Shown here: piece by piece, positions 46,800 through 56,186 of the stretch
How the letters are laid out: the number at the start of each line of letters is the position of its first letter
Numbering within the stretch: position 1 is the first letter of the stretch
Source: Nitrospirota bacterium
Lineage (GTDB): Bacteria > Nitrospirota > Thermodesulfovibrionia > UBA6902 > DSMQ01
Direction of reading: 5' to 3'
Assembly (NCBI GenBank): GCA_016212185.1
Contig: JACRGX010000002.1
Coordinates: 3,760-67,759 of the forward strand
Length of the DNA: 64,000 bases
Translations under genes and position numbers: made by a program
The notes under the pieces: generated by a model
Seen by the model: the letters and a program-made list of their open reading frames with translations, nothing else
The model's database searches: none
What the model was told of the DNA's origin: nothing

Positions 46800-46826
46800 A
46801 TTGATTTCTCTGGTTTTTAAATTTGG

Positions 46827-46962
46827 ATGGGGTCAGGTCTTCATTCTTCACTTAGCCCTCTCCAAAACAAATAAATATAACGATTCCATTTTTTCTTTTC
46901 ATCTTTATAAACCCTTTCTTCATCTTCTCTCTATATTTTTGACAGAAAAATTATTTATATGG
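46827..46962. repeat. About 135-nt conserved intergenic element, copy B, in the divergent region between the BNR gene and hicB
   Basis: atggggtcaggtcttcattcttcacttagccctctccaaaacaaataaatata...tttgacagaaaaattatttatatgg. Confidence 0.6.
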
Positions 46963-47006
46963 TAAAGTTGAGTAAATAGTTTTCTAAAATAGGAGATTTT
47001 ATAAAA

Positions 47007-47201
47007 TTGCACGCGATAATTGAACAAGATGAAGCAGGTTATTATGTAGCCGAAGTGCCGGCGCTTCCGGGGTGTCTTTCTCAGGGGAAAACTTATGAAG
47101 AAGCCATTGCCAATATCAAAGAAGCTATTGAGGGTTGGTTTGAGGTAATGGAATCTAAACAAGTCATTGATTCTTCCCGTCTTATTGAAGTTGCTGTTTG
47201 A
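47007..47201 (+). CDS. hicB: HicB-family antitoxin
   Basis: EQDEAGYYVAEVPALPGCLSQGKTYEEAIANIKEAIEGWFE; TTG start. Confidence 0.65.
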   Translation: MHAIIEQDEAGYYVAEVPALPGCLSQGKTYEEAIANIKEAIEGWFEVMESKQVIDSSRLIEVAV

Positions 47202-47428
47202 TGAGTAAAAAAAATTTAAAACTCTGCTCAGGTGCAGAAGCAGTCCGAAAATTCCAGGAAGCAAGCTGGACTGCTGTCCGGCAAAAAGGCTCCTATGTAA
47301 TGATGACAAAACCCGGCTATCAGTGGACATTATCCATTCCTCAGCATAAAGAACTCGGTCCCGGACTGCTCCGCAAACTGATAAATCAAGCTGGACTTAC
47401 CGTAGAAAAATTTAATAATTTGCAGTAA
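47198..47428 (+). CDS. hicA: HicA-family mRNA-interferase toxin
   Basis: Overlaps the hicB stop (ATGA); KGSYVMMTKPG...HKELGPGLLRKLINQAGL. Confidence 0.65.
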   Translation: MMSKKNLKLCSGAEAVRKFQEASWTAVRQKGSYVMMTKPGYQWTLSIPQHKELGPGLLRKLINQAGLTVEKFNNLQ

Positions 47429-47544
47429 AGAAAAAAAGGGGTTATTTTCTTGCTTTTCATCTTTCCAAATCCCCTTATCCCCTGCAATCTTTATATATAT
47501 TCATAACCATCCTAATGGTTGCTCTTATATTGGAATTTTTATCC

Positions 47545-47574
47545 TGAAAATCTTCTGGATTCCGTGTCAAGCAC
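47545..47574. repeat. Short GGAATGAC-family hairpin (tctggattccgtgtcaagcacggaatgaca)
   Basis: Read directly. Confidence 0.5.
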
Positions 47575-48026
47575 GGAATGACAAAGACTTTAAAAATCTC
47601 CTCAAAAAACAAAAAAGCTGAGCATGCCAAAGGTTTTTCCTTGGCAGCTCAGCCATGCCGGTTCTCCGGTATCTGGTGCTTTCCGCCTCCCGATTACTCA
47701 GGATTTGGCTTTATCTGGAAAATTATTATACAATTTAACATTTACACAAAGTTACAAACCCTGTCAAGAAAATTTAATAAATTTTATAGATGCTATAAGA
47801 ATTTTTTATAGTTGGATTGATATAAATCCAGTAGCATAACTTCTGAATTCCCGCCTGTCCGGCAGGCAGGTTTTCGCGGGAATTAACACAATCCCGAAGT
47901 GCCGGGAACACAAAGGGAGTATAAAAATACACCCTCCCCTTCATCCCCTCCTCTACTAGCCAGTGACCGTCCCGAAACGGGTCTCCGCGCAGGGTCGCTC
48001 CGACAAGGGAGGGGAGATATCTTCCC

Positions 48027-48875
48027 CTATCCGGCTTTTGCGAGTCCTGATTCCAGCGCCTTTCTCATTACTTCAACAGGCGGTTTTTTCCCTGTCCATA
48101 ATTCAAATGCAAACACGCCCTGCCACAGGAGCATGCCGAGTCCGTTAAGAGTTTTACATCCTTTTTGAGAGGCTTTTCCAAGAAATACTGTTTTTTTATA
48201 GACTAAGTCACAGACAATATGCTTTTTGTTGAGGTTGCTTAAATTGATAGGCATCGGGTCGCCCTTTTTAAAACCGAGCGGCGTTGCGTTAATTATTATG
48301 TCAAACTCATCAAGCTGATGGCTGATAGCTGATGGCTGATAGCTGAAGAAAAAAATGTTTTTGCGGATTTTTCTTAAATCCCTCACAAGCTTCTCCGCTT
48401 TTTTCTTATCTATATCAAACAAAAATAATTTTCCTGCTTTCTCACTGAGATAATAGCTGATTGCGCGCGATGCGCCGCCTGCGCCAATTATCAGAATTTT
48501 CTTTCCGCGGACATATATTCCCGCCTCAGATAATGACTTCATAAATCCCCTGCCGTCTGTGTTATATCCGATAAGTTTTCCGTCTTTATTGACGATTGTA
48601 TTTACTGCGCTGATGAACAGCGCTTCTTTATCAACCTCATCAAGCAAGGATACAACCTTTTCCTTATGCGGCACAGTGACATTTACGCCGGTAAGATTAA
48701 GCACTCTTACTGCCTTGACAGCCTGCGGAAGTTCCTCGGGAAGAACTTTAAACGGCAGATAGCACATATCAAGTTTCATTACCTTGAATGCGGCATTATG
48801 CATTGCCGGCGACAGTGTGTGCTCTACAGGAAAGCCTAACAATCCAAGTATTTTAGTTTTCCCACTTACATCCAT
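48027..48875 (-). CDS. aroE: Shikimate dehydrogenase
   Basis: ILGLLGFPVEHTLSP...NVTVPHK...GAGGASRAI. Confidence 0.85.
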   Translation of the reverse strand: MDVSGKTKILGLLGFPVEHTLSPAMHNAAFKVMKLDMCYLPFKVLPEELPQAVKAVRVLNLTGVNVTVPHKEKVVSLLDEVDKEALFISAVNTIVNKDGKLIGYNTDGRGFMKSLSEAGIYVRGKKILIIGAGGASRAISYYLSEKAGKLFLFDIDKKKAEKLVRDLRKIRKNIFFFSYQPSAISHQLDEFDIIINATPLGFKKGDPMPINLSNLNKKHIVCDLVYKKTVFLGKASQKGCKTLNGLGMLLWQGVFAFELWTGKKPPVEVMRKALESGLAKAG

Positions 48876-50145
48876 CGGTTATCCCTTTTAATAATCCTTC
48901 AGGGGTAGACTCAATCGCCTTGACCCTAATCTGCAGATTTTCCTCAAGGTCCTTCAGCGTCAGATTGTCCAGAAATATGCCGGCGCCGTCTTTAAGCAAA
49001 ACATTGGGAATTAACAGACAATCGCCTTTTACCTTCCCGATCAGCGTCTTCAGTATATCCTTGCCTGTAAGCAGTCCCGCCACAGTGATTGTCTGACCAA
49101 AAAACTTATTTTCTATCTTTAGAATCTCAAGGGAGAGTCCGTCTATGGCGCTGAATTTCTGAGCTGCCTCTTCAAGATACGGCGCAAAAGCAGCGCCCGT
49201 AATTGCAAACACTTTTCGCGGCTCCATCTTTTTAGGGATTTTTAATTTCTTCATGGAATTTAAAAATGACGGCGCCAGTCCGACGCCGTTTTCAATCTGA
49301 GGAAAGTCGCCGTATTCTCCGATAGGAGGAAATGGCATGTCTGCCTTTATGTATAACTCATCCGCCGCATATATTACGGGGTCTCCGTGGCGTTTTTTAA
49401 ACCTCTTGCTGAATTGCCTGATCATCTCTATTATTTTTTCAGCCTCGGCCTTTTCAACAGATTTTACATGTGTCTTTCTGTATTTCGTCAATCCCACAGG
49501 AACAACTGCGATTGATGCAATATAAGGGTAAAACTTATACAGGTCCTTGATGGTCTTTGAAAGTTCCTCACCGTCATTAACCCCGGGAATTATTACAATC
49601 TGTGCGTGCAGCCTTATTTTATTGTTTACAAAATCCTGAATCTCGGCCAGGATATCCGGCGCCTTGGGATTGCCTAATATTTTTCTGCGCAGGTCATTGT
49701 TTGTGGTATGAACAGAGACATAAATAGGACTGAGTCTCTGCTCAAAGATGCGTTTTTTATCGGCAGGCGGAAGATTTGTCAGCGTTATATAATTCCCATA
49801 CAGGAAAGACATCCTGTAATCGTCATCCTTCAGATAAAGCGATTTCCTCATACCCTTGGGCATCTGGTCAACAAAACAGAATAAACATTTATTCCTGCAG
49901 GACTTCGGCATGAACGGTTTCAGTTCAAAACCCGGGTCTGTCTTTTGCTTCTTTTTTATCTTAACCAGATGAGTCTTATCCCCCCTCTGGACTTTCAAAT
50001 CCAGCGTCCCGTCCTTTGAATAGTACATGTAATCAATAAGGTCCTTGACCTGCGCGCCGTTGACAGACAGAATAATGTCGTCCTTTTTAAGTCCGGCCTC
50101 ATGGGCAATGCTTCCTTCTGTGATATGACTAATTACAAGGCTCAT
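48853..50145 (-). CDS. PDZ-domain + radical-SAM-like (DUF512-type) protein
   Basis: N-terminal PDZ (GLKKDDIILSVNG) and CRNKCLFCFV (Cx3Cx2C). Confidence 0.65.
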   Translation of the reverse strand: MSLVISHITEGSIAHEAGLKKDDIILSVNGAQVKDLIDYMYYSKDGTLDLKVQRGDKTHLVKIKKKQKTDPGFELKPFMPKSCRNKCLFCFVDQMPKGMRKSLYLKDDDYRMSFLYGNYITLTNLPPADKKRIFEQRLSPIYVSVHTTNNDLRRKILGNPKAPDILAEIQDFVNNKIRLHAQIVIIPGVNDGEELSKTIKDLYKFYPYIASIAVVPVGLTKYRKTHVKSVEKAEAEKIIEMIRQFSKRFKKRHGDPVIYAADELYIKADMPFPPIGEYGDFPQIENGVGLAPSFLNSMKKLKIPKKMEPRKVFAITGAAFAPYLEEAAQKFSAIDGLSLEILKIENKFFGQTITVAGLLTGKDILKTLIGKVKGDCLLIPNVLLKDGAGIFLDNLTLKDLEENLQIRVKAIESTPEGLLKGITDGCKWEN

Positions 50146-50195
50146 TTATTGATCTTCCCTGCGGCAAGACCACAGGGAATACGCTCACTATCCAT
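50146..50195 (-). repeat. 50-nt leader hairpin element (ccctgYggcRagaccacaggg family) filling the pgsA / DUF512 intergenic exactly
   Basis: ttattgatcttccctgcggcaagaccacagggaatacgctcactatccat; related copies at 61678..61717 and 61741..61792. Confidence 0.6.
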
Positions 50196-50756
50196 TTAAC
50201 CGCTCTTAACCATCGCATTGTTGGAAATCTTCAATCCCCTGTAAATATAATGTATGCCAGAGGCTGCCGTAAGAAATGCAACTGCAACCATAAAAAATAC
50301 AGGCATTTCGGCGTTCCCCTTTATATTAATTAATAACAGCGCAAACCCTATCAGGAAAAACTGGCAGAGGTTTGCAGCCTTTCCCACAAGGCTCGGCTCA
50401 ACCCTTACGGTATGTGTGACAAAATAAAAAATCAGCCAGCCCGTCACCACAATCAGATCCCTGCTTATAACCGTAATTGTAAGCCACTTCGGTATCCAGC
50501 CGTAAACGCTCATCAAAATAAAAGACGTTATAAGCAGGAACTTATCCGCAACCGGATCCAGTATGCCTCCCAATGCCGTTATCTGTTTTTTCGCCCTTGC
50601 CAAAAGCCCGTCAAGTATGTCGGTAATTCCGGCCGACAGAAAAAGAATAAGGCTGTATTCATAGTAACCGTAAATTAAAGTCGCCGCAAAAAAAGGCAGT
50701 AACAATATCCGGATTATTGTCAAAATATTGGGAAGATTGCCTGTTATCGGTCCCAA
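50196..50756 (-). CDS. pgsA: CDP-diacylglycerol--glycerol-3-phosphate 3-phosphatidyltransferase
   Basis: DILDGLLAR...GGILDPVADK (CDP-alcohol phosphatidyltransferase motif). Confidence 0.8.
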   Translation of the reverse strand: MGPITGNLPNILTIIRILLLPFFAATLIYGYYEYSLILFLSAGITDILDGLLARAKKQITALGGILDPVADKFLLITSFILMSVYGWIPKWLTITVISRDLIVVTGWLIFYFVTHTVRVEPSLVGKAANLCQFFLIGFALLLINIKGNAEMPVFFMVAVAFLTAASGIHYIYRGLKISNNAMVKSG

Positions 50757-50779
50757 AAAAAGCCTCCACCTGAGTCTTT

Positions 50780-52543
50780 CTAAAACAGCCCTTTAACCTT
50801 GCCTGTATTTACATCCACGTCAACTCTGCGGTATGCAGGGTCTGATGCTGTTCCCGGCATCAACTTAATTGCGCCTGCAACCGGAACAACAAAGCCCGCG
50901 CCTTTGTAAGTGAGAATGTCACGGATGAGAAGCTTCCACCCTTTTGGCACGCCTTTTAAATTAGGATTGTCGGTTAAACTCAGATGGGTCTTGACCATGC
51001 ATGTTCCGAGTTTTGAAGTCTCGGGGTCTTCCTCCATCTTCTTTGCCTTTACAAACGCATCAGGAGCATATTCCACGCCGTCTGCTCCGTAAACTTCTGT
51101 TGCAATTAATTCAATGCGCTTGCGTAATGGTGTGGAAAGTTCATAAAGAAACTTGAAGTTGTTCGGTTCATTGCACGCATCAACAACCGCATCCGCAAGT
51201 TCAAGGGCCCCTTCACCGCCAAACTGCCAGTGTTTTGAGAGCGCAACTCTTGCGCCTGCCGTCTCTGCAATCCTGCGGACAGCCTTTATCTCATTGTCGG
51301 TGTCTGTATAAAAAGCGTTTATGCAGACAACAGGATTAATGCCTGCCTTCTTAACGACATTCACCAGATGAATAAGATTTACACAGCCCTTTTCCACCCA
51401 GCCGACATTTTCACCCTTGTATTCTTCAGGTATCGGCCTTCCCGGCACAGGAATCGGAGCGCCGCCGTGGCATTTTAAGGCCCTGATTGTAGCAACGAGA
51501 ACCGCTGCATTAGGCTTCAGTCCTGAGAACCTGCATTTTAGATTCCAGAATTTCTCAAAACCGATGTCTGCCGCAAACCCGGACTCCGTCACATTATAAT
51601 CAGCAAGCTTAAGTCCGATCCTGTCTGCAATAATAGACGACTGCCCGATTGCAATATTGGCAAAAGGACCTGCATGTACAAGGACCGGCTGTCCCTCAAT
51701 CGTCTGCATGAGATTGGGATTGAGCGCCTCCACCATCCAGGCAGTCATTGCGCCTGCGACATTAAGGTCTTCTGTTGTAACGGGCTTGCCGCTCTTGTCA
51801 TAGGCCACAACAATCCTCCCCATTCTCTCTCTCATGTCCTTTAAATCTTTTGCGACAGCAAGGATAGCCATAACCTCTGATGAAACCGCTATTGCAAATC
51901 CGGAATTCATCATAAAGCCGTCGTTTTTGCCGCCTAATCCTATTGTTATCTCTCTTAACGCCTGCGCACAGAAATCCATTATCCATTTCATCTCAATATT
52001 GCGCGGGTCAATGTTGAGCCTCTTTAATTTGCGCTTCGCAAGCTGTTCGTCAGTGTAGTTGAATTCGTGCTGTATGCGGGACGTAAGCGCAACCATTGCA
52101 AGATTGTGAGCATTCATGATTGCATTGATGTCGCCGGTAAGCCCTAATGAAAACGGGGTCAGAGGAATGCACTGCGACAATCCGCCGCCTGCGGCAGAAC
52201 CCTTAATGTTCATCGTCGGTCCGCCGGATGGCTGCCGGATGGCTGCTATAACATTCTTTTTACGCTTGCCAAGCCCCTGAGTCAATCCGATTGTTGTTGT
52301 TGACTTGCCTTCTCCCAGAGGGGTCGGTGTAATAGCGGTAACATCAATGTATTTTCCGTCCGGTCTGCCGGCAAGACGTTTCAGTATCTTATTAAAGTCA
52401 AGCTTTGCCACATAATGCCCGTGCGGCAAAAGTTCTTCCTTTTCAAGACCAAGTTCCTCTCCTAACTGATAAACAGTCTTCATGTGCGCTTCAGCGGCTT
52501 CTGCAATCTCCCAGTCTGCGTGCTTGGTTGGATCAATCGGCAT
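50780..52543 (-). CDS. fhs: Formate--tetrahydrofolate ligase
   Basis: [15 protein letters not shown]; 587 aa. Confidence 0.9.
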   Translation of the reverse strand: MPIDPTKHADWEIAEAAEAHMKTVYQLGEELGLEKEELLPHGHYVAKLDFNKILKRLAGRPDGKYIDVTAITPTPLGEGKSTTTIGLTQGLGKRKKNVIAAIRQPSGGPTMNIKGSAAGGGLSQCIPLTPFSLGLTGDINAIMNAHNLAMVALTSRIQHEFNYTDEQLAKRKLKRLNIDPRNIEMKWIMDFCAQALREITIGLGGKNDGFMMNSGFAIAVSSEVMAILAVAKDLKDMRERMGRIVVAYDKSGKPVTTEDLNVAGAMTAWMVEALNPNLMQTIEGQPVLVHAGPFANIAIGQSSIIADRIGLKLADYNVTESGFAADIGFEKFWNLKCRFSGLKPNAAVLVATIRALKCHGGAPIPVPGRPIPEEYKGENVGWVEKGCVNLIHLVNVVKKAGINPVVCINAFYTDTDNEIKAVRRIAETAGARVALSKHWQFGGEGALELADAVVDACNEPNNFKFLYELSTPLRKRIELIATEVYGADGVEYAPDAFVKAKKMEEDPETSKLGTCMVKTHLSLTDNPNLKGVPKGWKLLIRDILTYKGAGFVVPVAGAIKLMPGTASDPAYRRVDVDVNTGKVKGLF

Positions 52544-52574
52544 TGTTTAAAATCCTCCTCTTCAATTATTTAGT

Positions 52575-52690
52575 TTAAACTTGTTCAAGTTTGTTCAAGT
52601 TTGTTCAAAGAGTTTAATATGGTTCAATGTTGTTCAAAATTAAACCATCTTGAACCATTTGAACCATTTAAACTCTTTGAACAATGTTCT
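52575..52690. promoter_or_regulatory. GTTCAA / TTGAAC repeat module upstream of fhs: (cttgttcaagttt)x3, ggttcaatgttgttcaa, cttgaaccatttgaaccattt, ctttgaacaa
   Basis: Read directly; same module as upstream of sat and the PHP gene. Confidence 0.45.
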
Positions 52691-53146
52691 TTAGTAGCTT
52701 ATCAGCATACCTAAAAACTTCTCGTTCATGCGCCTTAAATTTTTGCATATGATTAAAAGCATCTTCTTCGTTATCTTTACGGCAAGGACAAGATTCTCCT
52801 TCTCCATTTTTTCAAAATCTTCTTTTGGTATCAGAAATATCTCCGTATTTTCAAGCGCGACTGCATTTGCCTCATGCCGTCTTTTTTCAAGTATTGACAG
52901 CTCTCCTAAAAAATGGCCTGTCCCCAGAATGGCAAGTGTCTGTTTCCATTCGTCAGGAGTGACCTTGGAAATTTCTACTTTCCCGGAATGTATGAGATAG
53001 AGCCCTTTTGTCTCTTCCTTTTCCTTAAAAAGATATTCGCCTTTTTTAAAAGACAGCTTTTTTACTATCTTCGCAATGCTTTCAAGCCCTGCCTCATCAA
53101 TGTCTTCAAGCAGGACCTGCTGTTTTAATATCGCCGGCTTAATCAT
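52691..53146 (-). CDS. Stand-alone cyclic-nucleotide-binding domain protein (Crp-like cNMP domain, no HTH)
   Basis: FKKGEYLFKEKEETKGLYLIHSGKVEI...GELSIL. Start moved to the ATG at 53146 (GAGGGGG RBS), outside the repeat element. Confidence 0.6.
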   Translation of the reverse strand: MIKPAILKQQVLLEDIDEAGLESIAKIVKKLSFKKGEYLFKEKEETKGLYLIHSGKVEISKVTPDEWKQTLAILGTGHFLGELSILEKRRHEANAVALENTEIFLIPKEDFEKMEKENLVLAVKITKKMLLIICKNLRRMNEKFLGMLISY

Positions 53147-53170
53147 AATACCCCCTCTGCATAATATGTT

Positions 53171-53248
53171 ATCATTCCCGCGAAAGCGGGAATCCAGGAA
53201 ACAACTTTCTGGATTCCGCATTCCCGATACATCGGGGCGGAATGACGA
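53171..53248. repeat. GGAATGAC-family element (cattcccgcgaaagcgggaatcc ... tctggattccgcattcccgatacatcggggcggaatgacg)
   Basis: Read directly. Confidence 0.5.
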
Positions 53249-53269
53249 AATTAAGGAAATTCTTAACTC

Positions 53270-56035
53270 TTAACTTTTAACTCTTAACTTTTCTATCTTC
53301 ACCGCACATACCTTCAGCTCAGGTATCTTACACACAGGGTCAAGGGCGGTATTTGTAAGGACATTGGCTGCTGCCTCCCTGTAGTGGAATGGTATAAACA
53401 CCATTCCCTTTACAGGTTTTTCTGAAATCTGCACCTTGATTTCTATCTCCCCCCTCCTTGAAGATACCTTTACCGCCTGCCCTTCGGTAATGCCGAGCCT
53501 GCCGGCATCCTCAGGGTTCAGTTCAACATATGCCTCAGGGGCAACAGCATTTAATGCATCTACCCTTCTCGTCATTGAACCGGTGTGATAATGAAAAAGC
53601 TGCCTTCCCGTAGAAAGCAGAAACGGATACTCTTCGTCAGGAAGTTCCTGTGAACGCCTGTATTCTACCACAGTAAACACCGCTTTTCCCTTTGGGAAGC
53701 CTCCTTTAAAAAGATACGGAGTCCCGGGATGGTCCAGCGTGGGGCAGGGCCATTGAATTCCGTGTTTATCAATCCTTCCGTAAGTAATGCCTTTGACAGT
53801 CTGCCAGACGTTTCCGATTTCCTGAAAGACTTCTTCCACGAAATTATACTTCATAACAAAGTCAAGCCTTCTGCTTAACTCTGAAATTATCCATAAATCC
53901 TCTCTGGCCTCTCCGGGAGGATTTAATGCCTTCCTTACCCTTTGCACCCTTCTTTCAGTATTGGTAAAAGTCCCTTCTTTTTCCGCAAAACTCGCCGCAG
54001 GCAATACCACATCTGCAAGCGCCGCCGTCTCTGTCATAAATATATCCTGAACAACAAGGAAGTCAAGATTCTTTAATGCCTTTACCGTATGATTCATATC
54101 AGGGTCGCTCATCACAGGATTTTCACCCATAACATAAAACGCCTTCAGTCTTCCGTCAAGCGCAGCACCGGTCATTTCCGTCGCAGTCATTCCGGGCTTG
54201 TCTGAAAGCTTTGCGTTCCAGGCCTCTTCAAACTTGGTCCTGACGGCCGGCATATCAACCCTCTGATAGCCTGTATAGAGATTAGGAATGCACCCCATGT
54301 CCGTAGCTCCCTGTACATTATTCTGCCCCCTGAGTGGGTTGACGCCGGTGCTTTCCATGCCGAGATTTCCTGTCATAAGGGCCAGATTTGCAATTGCATA
54401 GACATTCTCAGTGCCGTGTGAATGCTGTGTTACGCCCATAGTGTAATATATGGCAGGATACTGCGCCCTGCCGTACAGCAATGCGGCGTCAATTATTTTT
54501 TGCTTTGGAACTCCTGTAATCTTTTCGGCATATTCAGGCGTATATTTGCTGAGGCTTTCTTTAAATTCACTAAATCCCTCTGTACGAACGAGTATAAACA
54601 CCCTGTCAATCAGTCCCTCTTTAAGAAGCACATGCATCATAGAATTCAGCAGCACTACATCTGTGCCTGATTTATGCTGAATCCATACATCTGCAAACCT
54701 TACAATATCAATCCTCCTCGGGTCGGCGACAATAATCTTTGCGCCGTTTCTCACTGCCTTTTTCATCTTAAGCCCGATAATAGGATGGGTTTCAGTAGTA
54801 TTAGAGCCGATTATAAAAATAACATCATTGTTTTCAATCTCAGGAATGGAGTTTGTCATAGCTCCTGAGCCGAAGACTGTAGCCAGACCGGCCACCGTTG
54901 CGCTGTGTCAATACCTTGCGCAGTGGTCTACATTGTTCGTGCTGAGGCCTGCCCTGATAAATTTCTGGAACAGATAGTTCTCTTCATTTGTGCATCTTGC
55001 AGATGAAAGCCCTCCTATTGCATCAGGACCGTGCTTTTCTTTTACTGCCTTTAATTTTTCTGCAATATAATCAAGCGCCTCATCCCAGGAAGCCTCTCTG
55101 AAACTTGAAAAGGGGTCGAGGGGTCGAGGGGTTGAGGGGTCGAGTTTTTCACTTGAATCCTTGAATCCTTGAATCCTTGAACCCTCTTTTTTATCCTTTA
55201 TTCTGATAAGCGGTTTTGTGAGCCTGTCACCGCTTCCCACAAACTGATACCCGAACCTTCCCTTGGAGCACAGCCATCCTTCATTTATAGTGTCTTCCCT
55301 TGATGTAATCCGCACAATCTCATTCTTCCTGACGTGAAGCGTCAGACTGCATCCGCACCCGCAGTACGGACAGGTTGTATCAATCTCTTTTATGTCCTTC
55401 TGCCTTCCCTTAAGTTCCCACATCTTGCCTGTCAGCGCTCCGGTCGGGCAAACTGCAACACACTGCCCGCAGAACTCGCACATAAGGTCTTTCTCAAAAG
55501 GCGTGCATATCTTTGAACTGAATCCCCTGTATCCAAAATCTATGGCTGCAACCCCCTCAATCTCATCGCAAGCCTTCACACACCTGCCGCACATTATGCA
55601 CTTCTCAAGGTCTCTTTCAATAAAGGGGTTGCCGTCTCTCTTTTTGTAGATTCTTCTTTCCCCTTCAAACCTGTTTTCCCTGATACCGTAAAAATAAGCA
55701 AGCTCCTGAAGCATGCAGTCCCCTGCCTTTTCGCATACCATACAGTCATTGGGGTGGTCTGAGAGGATTAACTCAAGAATAGTCTTTCTCAATCCCTCAA
55801 GATTGGGGCTTGTTGTAGTCACCTCCATGCCCTCGCTTACAGGGGTAGTGCATGACGTTACAGGTCTTGCCATGCCTTTAATCTCCACAAGGCAAAGCCT
55901 GCACCCCCCGAAGGCCGTCAGCTTGGGATGATGACAGAGCGCCGGGATGGAAATATCAATTTTTTTTGCCGCAGAAAGGATATTAGTCCCTGCCGGAACC
56001 GTCACCTTTCTGCCGTCTATCGTTAAAGTTACCAT
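53270..56035 (-). CDS. fdhA: Formate dehydrogenase alpha subunit (FdhA/FdsA type) with in-frame TGA = selenocysteine at 54908..54910
   Basis: ORF-track pieces 54908..56059 and 53270..54895 join across one TGA to read ...[30 protein letters not shown]..., matching the E. coli FdhF Sec site CARVUHGPSVAGL. N-terminal 2Fe-2S/4Fe-4S domains plus the C-terminal Mo-bisPGD domain. Start at ATG 56035. Confidence 0.8.
55112..55184 (-). repeat. In-frame (GGATTCAAG)3-(CTCGACCCC)4 insert in fdhA, paralog of 41380..41453
   Basis: Encodes GSRIQGFKDSSEKLDPSTPRPLDP; nucleotide sequence is near-identical to the copy in the other operon. Confidence 0.8.
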
Positions 56036-56042
56036 AATTAAA

Positions 56043-56185
56043 CCTTTCAAAGGGTTCAAGGGGTCAAGCGGTCAAGGATTCAAGTGATTTTTAGCTCTAA
56101 GTTATTCGTTATCCTAATAACTAATAACTTATAACGAATTTTATAGTTTACTCGCACCCTCGAATCCTTGAATCCTCTAACCCTA
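56043..56185. repeat. GGATTCAAGG-family palindrome between fdhA and the nuoF-like gene (reverse-complement copy of 40363..40510)
   Basis: agggttcaaggggtcaagcggtcaaggattcaagtgat ... heptamer tract ... cgcaccctcgaatccttgaatcctctaaccct. Confidence 0.7.
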
Positions 56186-56186
56186 T

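Noticed and set aside
47578-48168. Small ORFs (61 to 89 aa) in the hicA / aroE intergenic
   Set aside because: Overlapping, Pro/Ser/Arg-rich, no RBS; the region is better explained as structured non-coding DNA.
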